Assembly: GCF_006345805.1 (NCBI RefSeq)
Contig: NC_042997.1
Span: 148,242,001-148,306,000, forward strand
Direction of reading: 5' to 3'
Source of the DNA: Octopus sinensis
Taxonomy: Eukaryota
Length of the DNA stretch: 64,000 nt
Shown here: one piece after another, positions 14,481 through 25,453 of the stretch
Numbering within the stretch: position 1 is the stretch's first letter
How the letters are laid out: the number at the start of each line of letters is the position of its first letter
Program-made: the position numbers and the translations under genes
Notes under the pieces: model-generated
Databases searched by the model: none
The model's input: the letters and a program-made list of their open reading frames with translations, nothing else
Told to the model about the DNA's origin: nothing

Positions 14481-14765
14481 GAAGACGGGAAGGATGACTT
14501 CCCTTTGCAAATACTGACAGGACACAGAAAGTGTGTCTATGGCCAGCTGGAGGAGTGTGTCCCCCTGGGGCTAAAAACTACGGTAGCATCCACCCTTAGG
14601 GGTTAGCCATATTGAAATGGCAAAAATACGTTACGATGTGTTACCGCTACTGTATATAACTCACTTTGATATTTATCATTGTTTGATTTCACTTTTTCAA
14701 TATCAGCGACAGTGGACGCTGGAAAAAGTATAAGTATTTGTGAAGGAAATCTAATTCTCGCCGAC

Positions 14766-14833
14766 AACTATGATTGTCACACGCTGACGAGAGGTCAATA
14801 CCTCGAAACTCGAGTCCGTGTGTATCATAAGTT
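14766..14833 (+). ncRNA. Type I hammerhead ribozyme, copy 4 (cleavage after 14816)
   Basis: Identical to copy 1. Confidence 0.93.
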
Positions 14834-15118
14834 GAAGACGGGAAGGATGACTTCCCTTTGCAAATACTGACAGGACACAGAAAGTGTGTCTATGGCCAGC
14901 TGGAGGAGTGTGTCCTCCTGGGGCTAAAAACTACAGTAGCATTCACCCTTAGGGGTTAGCCATATTGAAATGGCAAAAATACGTTACGATGTGTTACCGC
15001 TACTGTATATAACTCACTTTGATATTTATCATTGTTTGATTTCACTTTTTCAATATCAGCGACAGTGGACGCTGGAAAAAGTATAAGTATTTGTGAAGGA
15101 AATCTAATTCTCGCCGAC

Positions 15119-15186
15119 AACTATGATTGTCACACGCTGACGAGAGGTCAATACCTCGAAACTCGAGTCTGTGTGTATCATAAGTT
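15119..15186 (+). ncRNA. Type I hammerhead ribozyme, copy 5 (cleavage after 15169)
   Basis: Same fold; C>T at 15170 turns the first stem I pair into a G.U wobble. Confidence 0.9.
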
Positions 15187-15383
15187 GAAGACGGGAAGGA
15201 TGACTTCCCTTTGCAAATACTGACAGGACACAGAAAGTGTGTCTATGGCCCGCTGGAGGAGTGTGTTCTCCTGGGGCTAAAAACTACAGTAGCATCCACC
15301 TTTAGGGGTTAGCCATATTGAAATGGCAAAAATACGTTACGATGTGTTACCGCTACTGTATATAACTCACTTTGATATTTATC

Positions 15384-15418
<35 letters not shown>

Positions 15419-15420
<2 letters not shown>

Positions 15421-15619
15421 TATAATTAAGGGCTAAAGAGGGTTATTCTAAAGCCAAATACACTGTTTTATCCACTTATAATCCGCTTGTTACAGGAAAA
15501 TTGAAACTGAAAACGGGCAACTAACCTTTAGAAAATTTAAATTTCGTTATCTCTATATTGAATCAATTTCGGACTTAATCTTATAAAAAAAAAGATATAT
15601 TCCTTCTTCAGTAGAACTT

Positions 15620-15622
<3 letters not shown>
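15419..15622 (-). mobile_element. Short TA-flanked element carrying a minimal hammerhead; probable Penelope-like terminal (pLTR) fragment
   Basis: Bounded by (TA)n on both sides and contains the hammerhead at 15552-15615. The Penelope assignment is inferred from the ribozyme type. Confidence 0.55.
15552..15615 (-). ncRNA. Minimal type I hammerhead-like motif (family 2)
   Basis: Minus strand: UCUA-CUGAAGA-A-GGA..AUCUU..AAGAU..UCC-GAAA-UUG-AUU-CAAU-A|UAGA. Stem I UCUA/UAGA, stem II GGA/UCC plus AUCUU/AAGAU, stem III AUUG/CAAU, AUA triplet. Confidence 0.65.
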
Positions 15623-15651
<29 letters not shown>

Positions 15652-15661
<10 letters not shown>

Positions 15662-15870
15662 TTAGAGACAAATCAAACAAATCAAACTTCAGTTTAAAAC
15701 TTGCAAAGAAGGTCTTGAAACCACCTGATGAATGTCAATAGAAGTGACAAGAAACGATCGTAGTGGATATCTTAATTATATTTAAATTATATAAATTTTT
15801 TTATGTATTGGATTAAGTCTTTCTTTGTTTGATTTGCATAATAGTGGTTTTTGTCTCTAATAATATTATA
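15652..15870 (+). mobile_element. 219-bp element with 21-bp terminal inverted repeats and an internal minimal hammerhead (Penelope-like terminus or MITE)
   Basis: tataatattattagagacaaa (15652-15672) and tttgtctctaataatattata (15850-15870) are exact reverse complements. The left end abuts (TA)n. Confidence 0.7.
15721..15766 (+). ncRNA. Minimal type I hammerhead-like motif (family 3)
   Basis: CCAC-CUGAUGA-A-UGUCA-AUAGAAG-UGACA-A-GAAA-C-GAUC-G-U-A|GUGG. Stem I CCAC/GUGG; palindromic ACGAUCGU stem III; GUA triplet; A.A mismatch at the base of stem II. Confidence 0.72.
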
Positions 15871-15872
15871 TT

Positions 15873-16258
15873 AAACAATGATAAATATCAAAGTGAGTTA
15901 TATACAGTAGCGGTAACACATCGTGACGTACTTTTGCCATTTCAATATGGCTCACCCCTAAGGGTGGATGCTACTGTAGTTTTTAGCCCCAGGAGGACAC
16001 ACTCCTCCAGCTGGCCATAGACACACTTTCTGTGTCCTGTCAGTATTTGCAAAGGGAAGTCATCCTTCCCGTCTTCAACTTATGATACACACGGACTCGA
16101 GTTTCGAGGTATTGACCTCTCGTCAGCGTGTGACAATCATAGTTGTCGCCGAAAGTGTGTCTACGGCCAGCTGGAGGAGTGTGTCCTCCTGGGGCTAAAA
16201 ACTACAGTAGCATCCACCCTTAGGGGTTAGCCATATTGAAATGGCAAAAGTACGTCAC
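15873..16258 (-). mobile_element. Inverted partial retrozyme monomer (15873-16148) with a 108-bp fold-back arm (16151-16258 mirrors 15923-16030)
   Basis: Reverse complement of the 353-bp unit. The arms match at 106/108 positions and share variants (aaaagtacgtcac) absent from the array (aaaaatacgttac). Confidence 0.92.
16077..16144 (-). ncRNA. Type I hammerhead ribozyme, copy 6 (minus strand; cleavage between 16094 and 16093)
   Basis: Exact reverse complement of the 68-nt motif at 13707-13774. Confidence 0.92.
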
Positions 16259-16352
16259 AATATTATATTATATTTTACTATAAAATTGGATTCAATCCTA
16301 AATCTGATTTTTCCCTGTAAATTTGGATTTATTCCCTAATATTCATTATTAT

Positions 16353-16389
<37 letters not shown>

Positions 16390-17004
16390 ATGTGTGTGTG
16401 TGTAATGCTTATAGTTGTATGTTTACACACGTACCTAAATCCATTTGTTGTTTCGTTTAGTTTTCTTAGCTACAATATCAATCTCTTTCAGCCAACTAGG
16501 GCATGTATCGGGGTGAGTGAGATCAACCTCCAAACACAAGTAATTAAAATACAAGCATATGAGAAACCAAGTTTGACATTTAAAAATCCCATTCCTAATT
16601 TTTCTTTAAAGTTCTTTTTTCTGGACTTCAGGAAAAATATATATCTTGCTCAAATGTACGTGGTTCCTGTAATGTCGATAATATTCGTACTCACCTGATT
16701 CAAACGGATATTCAACAAAGAACCAAAGTGTATTTCTAAGCATCGGCATGAAAATTATTTCATTCTAATAGACTACAAATCATCGGGCAAGGCTAATATG
16801 CTCAAAATATTGACTACGATTGCTTGCCTTATCCTTTGTCCACAGTACATAGGAATACGTGGTTTTCTCAGATGCTTAGAATAAAGAATATTTCCTTATA
16901 ACTCTTTCAAAGTATTGAGTACAATCATATATGAATCAGATATGGTGAATGATGTGCGATACACACACGCACACGCACACGCACACGCATACACACACAC
17001 ACGC

Positions 17005-17064
<60 letters not shown>

Positions 17065-17280
17065 ATATATATATATATATACTTCAGGGTAGGAAAACAT
17101 TTAGAAATGTTTGCTACCAGTGTCCTAGCATGTAGACAACTAGACAATAAACTATATATTATTTTGTTATGTTTTTCATTTCCTTCGAAAATACCCTTAA
17201 TAGTGGTTTGGATTTTGACTACTTTTTCTAGCGTGTAGAGATGTTCTACTATGGCCACTTCTTATGTGTTTAAATGTACA

Positions 17281-17340
<60 letters not shown>

Positions 17341-17527
17341 ATATATATATATGTGTGTGTGTGTGTATATATATGTATATGTATGTATGTATATATGTAT
17401 ATATATATATATATATATATGTAAGGAGAATTCACAAAACAACAAGACGAAAAGGTATTTTCAGTATAATTCCTGTTGAAAAAACCCTAAAAAACTTATT
17501 CAAATCTTGATCCTTGCCACTTGGCAT

Positions 17528-17592
<65 letters not shown>

Positions 17593-18924
17593 CATATATG
17601 TATAAAACCATACGCAACGATATATATATATATATATATATATACATGTGTAAATGTCGAACGACGAGAATGACTAGTGAACTCAATGCCACATTGGTAG
17701 ATAGAAATGGATTTATGTTAAAAAACATTATCTTAATATATTAACAATTTTCAAGCGGATTCACACTGGAGTCGAACAGCATTCTTCCATGTGATTGGCT
17801 TGTAAAATTGCTAAGATTTTAAACTGTTTTTGTTAACATGAAACCAATGGTAGACTTTATACAGATCTATCTATCTATCCATCTATCTATCTAACTATAT
17901 GTATATCTATCTATATATATATATATAACAGCATACGCGCGCGCACACAGACACACACGCGCAAACATACACGCATCCGTTTATTACTATTACCATCATT
18001 ATTACGATATATGTATATATGTATGCAGTTAGGTATTTATGTGAGTTTTTGTGTACAGGTGTGCGAGTGTTTTTTCTGTGTTTTTGATTAAAATGATAAA
18101 ATATCCATAATAACATATTCAGTGTTAATTAATGAAATCTTAAATTTTCATTGATTTAAGCGATAAAATTGCAAAATACATTACACAAATAAGTTTTGAA
18201 ATACCTTTTATTTCAATATAGTACGTATATCCATACGCACAATCTTCGACATAACGCATCATACAACTACCTGATGTATTGAATACATTGAAATTAATCT
18301 GATATTGTAATAGATAAAATTTCATTTAATATTGAAATTACTCGATACAATATTATATCATTGAAATTAATGTCTAAATGAACATATAATTGGCAATCAT
18401 TTTCAGATCCAATTGATAAATTATTGGATAAGCTGTAAGATAGTCGAAATGAAGAATATTTATAATCTTGACGTCTAATGATGTCTAACAGTACACTGTA
18501 TATATTTATGCTATGTTTACCAATAAATGTTCACTTGTGTTTCATTGTGATTTCAATTTTAGGACATAACGCAGTTTATAATATGCCATGTTCTCGTATC
18601 GTATGTTTTCATTTAGGAATATATTTATGTTGATGAAATATAAATGAACGAATTGAGGATGCATGTACACTTACAGGGGTGCACCATTTCTCGTAGACAG
18701 ATTGTATGAAATAGTACCTGTTAAATAAATCCAATATCGTCTCGTGGCTTGTCAAAAGGTGTTTGCTGTAAACAAGTATAATATTGGAAAAGAAGATGTA
18801 ATCGTCAATTATATTTTTAGTACTTACCTTGCGTGAGCGTAGAGTAGAAGATACAGGGGAGGTAATTAGTGGCATATATTACTCAGTAAAAAAGTGACTC
18901 ATAGTAAATTTATATAGATATTCT

Positions 18925-19298
18925 TTTATTCATGAATTTGTTTCAGTCATTTGACTGCGACCATGCTGGAACACAGCCTTTAGTCGAACAAATCGACCCC
19001 AGGACTTATTTTTTGTAAGCCTAATACTTATACTAACGTACTGATAAGTTACGGGGACGTAAACACACAAACATCAGTTGCCAAGCGATGATACGGGGGA
19101 CAAACATAAACACACAAACACACACACACACACATATGACGGACTTCCTTTAGTTTCCGTCTACCAAATCCACTCACAAGGCTTTGGTCAGCCCGAGGCT
19201 ATAGTAGAAGACACTTGCCAAAAGTGCCACGCAGTGGGACTGAACTCGGAACCATGTGATTGATAGGCAAGCTGCTTACCACACAGCCACTCCTGCGC
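18925..19298 (-). mobile_element. tRNA-derived SINE with internal (CA)n
   Basis: Minus-strand head gcgcaggagtggctgtgtggtaag (A box) ... gagttcagtccc (B box); body shared with 22942-23270 and 42805-43213. Confidence 0.85.
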
Positions 19299-19784
19299 TC
19301 ATATATATAATATCATATTATCATTTACTTGTTACAATCATTTGACTGCAGCCTTGCTGGGGGTCCACCTTGAAGGCGTTTAGTCGACAATGTTAATTTC
19401 TTTGCAGTTTGGGCAGTATTTAAGGTTTTTGCGCTTTGTAGTTCATATCTACATTTATTTTGACAAAGAATGAGCCCTTGAATTTTATTTGGGAACCACT
19501 TTCTAAGAATTTAAAGTTGTTGTTGTTGCATGTTCCCTGGAGATAGGAGATGTGGAACATATAACAACAACTTTAAATACTTAGAAAGTGGTTTCCGCAT
19601 AAAATTCAAGAGCGGATCTGTTTTATATAAATGGACAAGCTATTTGTACATTCACATAATTCTATTTGAAAAGTTCGGGAAACGAACGAAAGCGCTCATA
19701 ATGAAAAAATAAACAGGTTTTCTTCCAAAATTGTGGCGACCTTTTTCCTCAGTATTCAATATCTATACACCACACCTAACACTC

Positions 19785-19834
<50 letters not shown>

Positions 19835-20331
19835 ACACCTGACACTCTATAGAAACACACATACATACATATACATACACACAACACAACACACACACGC
19901 TCCCATACAATTGTATGAATTTAGTATTCTACTCCCAAATTGTCTAATCGAATGATTTCGTTCTTGTAAAATTTTTCCTCTATCAGGAGAATAATCAAAC
20001 ACTCGTTAGCCATGAGTGATCGGGTAAGTAGCTGAAGTTCTTTCGTACAGGCGATGATTTCTTCCAAGCCGGCTAACGAGCCACTGACATTATACAAAAG
20101 GATTGCAAAACATATTGGAATGGAATTTTGAAGTTTTACCACACCAGACCTATATTTATTCGATTGATCTTTCTGGTCATTGTCCAACCTTTCAGCAAGC
20201 TTCCTCAATTATATGTGACAATGGAAGATTTAGAGCCTAATTGTGAAATAACGAGATTGACGGAGCAAGAGTGGGTTAAGGAGTGTAAGCGGAAGTAAAA
20301 AGTAGAGAGTAATTGTTAACATGTAACTTGT

Positions 20332-20520
20332 TTAACCCTTTAGCAAATATCATTTCTGTGTTACATGTAATGCTTATATATCCACATTGTTTTAATTATT
20401 TATGCATCATCTGAAAACTTTTAGATTTCGATGACGTGATTGTATATTTTCAAAATGACACTGTAGGGTAGACGTAAAAATGCAAAAGATATTGGTCGGA
20501 TATGGCCGGGGTGAATGTGC
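20332..20520 (+). mobile_element. Possible piggyBac-like MITE remnant
   Basis: Begins TTAA-CCCTTTAGC (TTAA target plus CCC terminus); the matching right terminus is degraded. Confidence 0.4.
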
Positions 20521-20952
20521 ATACTCTCAATGGGAGATAAACATTTATGGGGAAAGTAACATGGTGGCCAAAAGTTGAGAAAATGTTTTTTGTCAGCTTG
20601 GTCGTCATTCCTGTCCTTCGTTCTGATGGTTTTATTTTTATTAGCAAACTCCCTGTGATTCATCGACAGAATGAAATGTTTAAGAACTCAAGTAAGTTTT
20701 CCTTTCAGAGTGACTATCTATGACTGGTAATATATATTTTTCCTCTCTAGAAAGAATTTGTTAGAACATGGGTATTTAAAACCACAAATTGTGTGTTTAT
20801 TTGAATCAATTTATAATACGCTTTCATCAATACGTTCATTTTATTACCTAAATTTGGAGTATAGTCTGCTAACGTTGTGAAAATTCCTCCTCCAGTACAT
20901 GCACACATAATACACACAGACACACAGACACATAAGTGTCATGTGTGTGAGC

Positions 20953-20990
<38 letters not shown>

Positions 20991-21619
20991 GCACATATAT
21001 CTATATATGCGTATGTCTATGTAAACTAAATATAACACGTGCATCTATCGACGTCTACTCCAAAATTAAATGCATAAACGTACAGAAAAAGGCATATATA
21101 ATCAATAATCACAGGATCGCATATGTGTGCTTATGTCTACACAGACGCATACACGCAATTGCATACACATACACATATACACTCACTCACACACATGCAT
21201 ACACAATTATACACGCCGAAACGCACGCACAACCATCACTGTTATGGACCAAAGCTTTTCGTCTAATTCAGTCTGCCTTCGAAGTAATATGTTACCTTTA
21301 ATTTCCCCCAATTTGCTGTATCCTATTCTCAGAATATTTCATAAATGCCAGTATATATAGAAGATATTTCTCGATATTATTACAGGTGCGACTAGCTACT
21401 GATTAAATATGGAATAATCCTGTACTTTTTGATATAACATACGCATTTTATTACTTTAATCGCATTGTAGAGTTGTATATTTAATAATATTCTCTCATGC
21501 TTAATAATTTCTGGCAAACATACACAGACGCGTTCACACACACACACACTTGCACAAACACACACATATGTAGCTTGAAAATTTTATCTTTAATATATAT
21601 ATAAAGAATAGTTACATAC

Positions 21620-21674
<55 letters not shown>

Positions 21675-22866
21675 GCCTATATATTTATATGTATATATGT
21701 ACTTATCTTTCTGTCTTCTGTCTCATTTGAATATAATATATCTCTGTACCACAATTACACATCTACAATAGAAGACAAAAATCTAGTCGTAAACGTGTCT
21801 AAACCACCTACCTGAAGGAATTGAGTACAAAATGAAGGATTAAATTTATCTCCACAACTAGCTTTTCCAATTCCAAAGCCATCACAGCCTCAATTTTGGT
21901 GCTCACCTACCATAATCTTGGTATATACGTTTACTCCAAGTTAAGGTTTGATAATAACTTCGACAAAGTCTTATTCAATAACTGGAATCGCGACTTTGAT
22001 GATGTATTTCTCTCAGGGGTCACGGAGCTTGGATCAACTCTATGATATTAAAAATATAATTAGTAAGGTAAGCCACAGTATCCAATTTACCAAAAGATAT
22101 AACCAAAATTTACAAGCTAACATTTTTGGACATTTTCATCATACAAAGAAACACGAACATTGAAACTTCAATTCAGCGGATGTTCAACAATATCTGTTAC
22201 TGTCTTCTAGTCATCCAAATGCTATGAAAACGGAGCAGCTACGTTTAAGTAGGGATAAATATTACCGCGCGGTATTATTAAGGCGTCTGTCAATAATATA
22301 TATTTGTTAAGAAGCTTACGAGATAATCGCGACACCAGTGTTTGTTCTGATTCTGTTATTCTATATATCGCTACGCAGATGAATCAATGTTATATGTAGT
22401 GGTGAAGCTTCCCTCATTGACAAAACCAAGGAAGTTCGAAATTATGTGATCTGGCTGTCTCAGCTCTGGAGGTGGCGGGGATTATCCCCCCACTAGCGAT
22501 ATAAAGAAAATTGCATTCTGCACGAAAAGCCGATATGTTAGTTTCTGTCATGGAAACAACCACAGTACAGTTTGTTCTAACAAAACATCACCGTTGAAGT
22601 TGAGATAAATATTACCTTGTGGCAATAATACGGCTTCTATCGCTTATATATATATATATAGCAGATGCAGCACGGATTTTTGTCAGTGAACAGGTCACGA
22701 ATTTTAGCGACGAAAATATTTTGACAAATTAAACTTAAATGTTGAAGTGAATCGAACGGCTTTTGTGTGTTTCTTAAATGGCTTACAAACACCTTCCATG
22801 CAGCAATTGTTTTCGTTTCAGCACACGATCTCAGATCAAATCACTTGCTATGCGAGTACATCTCCG

Positions 22867-22933
<67 letters not shown>

Positions 22934-22941
22934 TATAAGTA

Positions 22942-23036
22942 CGTGGCACCTTGGGTAAGTGTCTTCTACTATAGCCTCGGGCCGACCAAAGCCTTGTGAG
23001 TAGATTTGGTAGATGGAAACTGAAAGAAACCCGTCG

Positions 23037-23071
<35 letters not shown>

Positions 23072-23270
23072 GTATGTGTGTCTTTGTTTGTCCCCCATCA
23101 TCGCTTGACAACCGATGTTAGTATGTTTACGTCCCCGTAACTTAACGGTTCGGCAAAAGAGAAGAGTAAGTACTATGCTTACAAAGAATAAGTCCTGGGG
23201 GTGGATTTGCTCGACTAAAGGCGGTGCTCCAGCATGGCCACAGTCAAATGACTGAAACACGTAACAGAGT
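22942..23270 (+). mobile_element. 5'-truncated copy of the same tRNA-derived SINE family
   Basis: Body gtggcaccttgggtaagtgtcttctactatagcctcggg...gactgaaac is colinear with the reverse complement of 18925-19298. Confidence 0.85.
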
Positions 23271-24023
23271 AAATGTATATACGTATGTGTAGTTTTTAAC
23301 CTAGAAAGAAGAATCTGTACAAGTATATCCAGTCTTGAAATTTCAGAGAGATGTCTTCAAGAACTTAAAGAATATCACTCAAAAGATAATAACCATTATA
23401 TTTAATCTATAATGGTATAGAAAATGCAAAAAATTATAGATAACCAAGATGTACAAAAAAGCAATAACCGTCACTGATACTCTCAATAGAGTGTCTTATG
23501 TATTTATTCACAATCCAAGAAATACCGAAGCATATAAAATCAACCCTCTGAATATTCAAAGGAAGAAGGTGTTCAACACACAGATCTATTAGAAGATAAC
23601 CTTATACTTAAAAGTTGTTCACCAGTACCAACTTGCCCGTTGGAGATGCAGCTCCAATGACCAAATTTTGTATGATTCCAAATTGTTGAACCTGATGTAA
23701 CCTTAGTGTTAACTCAACATGAATATAAATCAGGACAATCATTTATCATAAAATGACATTTCACTTTTGTATCAAAAATTTTTAATTTATGATTTTAAAT
23801 GAAATAGATGTGGTGAATAACTCTATCATCACACAGAATGACACTCCGCACTCAATGAAAATGTACTCATTTTCCCTTTATATCAATGCATCTGCGACAT
23901 CTGACTCAAACCCCATAAAATTAAAAAAAAATGTTTATTAGGCAATATAGACCAAATACTTTATAAGGGCATGATAGAATGGGAAATTATATTCGACTCA
24001 TCTAAACAATCAGTGGCAATATT

Positions 24024-24069
<46 letters not shown>

Positions 24070-25348
24070 CCAACAACAACAATAATAATAATAATATCAA
24101 AGTTGAGATAACGAATTTCCTTCTGGAGCGAAACCCAATCTTGAAAGTGCTATATTTTTGAGCTATCTGCTGACGTCATACTAGATTTGAAAACTTAGTT
24201 TATGTTTACATCAGTTTGGAAAATTGGTTTTCATTGATTTAAACTTAGGGACCCTTTTGATTCCTATTTTACTCGGATGGACCCTCTTAATCATTTGATG
24301 TCTAAAACAGATCATATTTTAGAATTAATTATTATATTATTAGGAGCTGCTTAAAAAAGTGTTAGAATATTTACAAGATTGTAGTAATATATGAAATTTC
24401 TTGCAGATAAATTTTAACAAAAAAATGTTGTATAGAACCCAAGGGCCATAAATGGACTTTTCTATGAGGGAAAAATAAGCGAGTAAGTTTATTGAGCATT
24501 CACCCGAACGGGACATCAGAAAAACGAATTAAACGAATGACCGATTAAGGGAACCAGCGGACTTAAACGCTAGACTATTGTCAGAGGAAAACAAATGACC
24601 AAGACAGATGAAAGATGACGTCTACAGACAGTCATGCGACCAAGACACACCTATCTGGCACTGACAAGTAAGTACAAGTGGGAAATGTGAGTAAGTAACC
24701 AAGCAGGACGTGAACGTATATCTTAAAAGCTACAAATATAAGACAATATCATCTTGATAATTGCTCAAGTACCATTCTTGAAAGAGAAAATTTGAATAAT
24801 CGACAGAGCTCGTAAAAAGCCATTGTCATATCCTTTAAAATCTACATCATATCTCATTTTTGGTTTACCTTTTTGATCAGAACTTACAAAACTACTCATT
24901 GATCTGATACTTTTGAACACTTGAGTTATCATTATGTAGAATATTTTATTTTCGAGTATATTCTAACGTTATGAAGCCTTTTCTTGAAATATTTTTCATT
25001 TGACTGACAAACAGAAACAAAAATCTTGAAATAGGTATCATATTCATAAATTTTAAAATAGTATAACATATACAGTTCGTTTTAAGACCTGGGACATTTC
25101 CTGCCTGTAGGATACATGCATAAATACATATCTATAAACACACACACATATACACTCTAAGTCCCCACTACAACTTCTTTAATTTCCTCATACCCTGACT
25201 CCGAACAATTGTGTAGTTATCTATTTAATAGATCTTTTCACTTTAAGTCGTTTCCGACTAATGTCACTTTGTGGTTAAATACATTGACTTCCATCAGTTG
25301 AATCTTGATACCAATGACCTTGCCAGTACTGGTTGACACACCACCAGT

Positions 25349-25453
25349 TTCTTCTTCTTCTTCTTCTTCTTCTTCTTCTTCTTCTTCTTCTTCTTCTTCT
25401 TCTTCTTCTTCTTCTTCTTCTTCTTCTTCTTCTTCTTCTTCTTCTTCTTCTTC
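25349..25453. repeat. (TTC)n microsatellite, ~35 units
   Basis: Directly visible. Confidence 0.98.

Larger units (their letters stand above)
13707..15386 (+). repeat. 353-bp tandem array (~4.8 units) of hammerhead-bearing monomers (non-LTR retrozyme), embedded in (TA)n
   Basis: The exact 353-bp period is visible in the sequence and in the ORF track (13973/14326/14679/15032). Units differ by only a few SNPs. (TA)n abuts both ends. Confidence 0.97.

Noticed and set aside
13973-15223. Four identical 63-aa ORFs (MFDFTFSIS...) suggesting a tandem peptide gene
   Set aside because: They start at TTG, have no recognisable domain and simply follow the 353-bp repeat; conservation is explained by RNA structure.
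24480-24700. GC-richer island ending in two GTAAGT donor-like motifs (possible UTR exon)
   Set aside because: No clear acceptor, promoter or coding signal; cannot be supported without transcripts.
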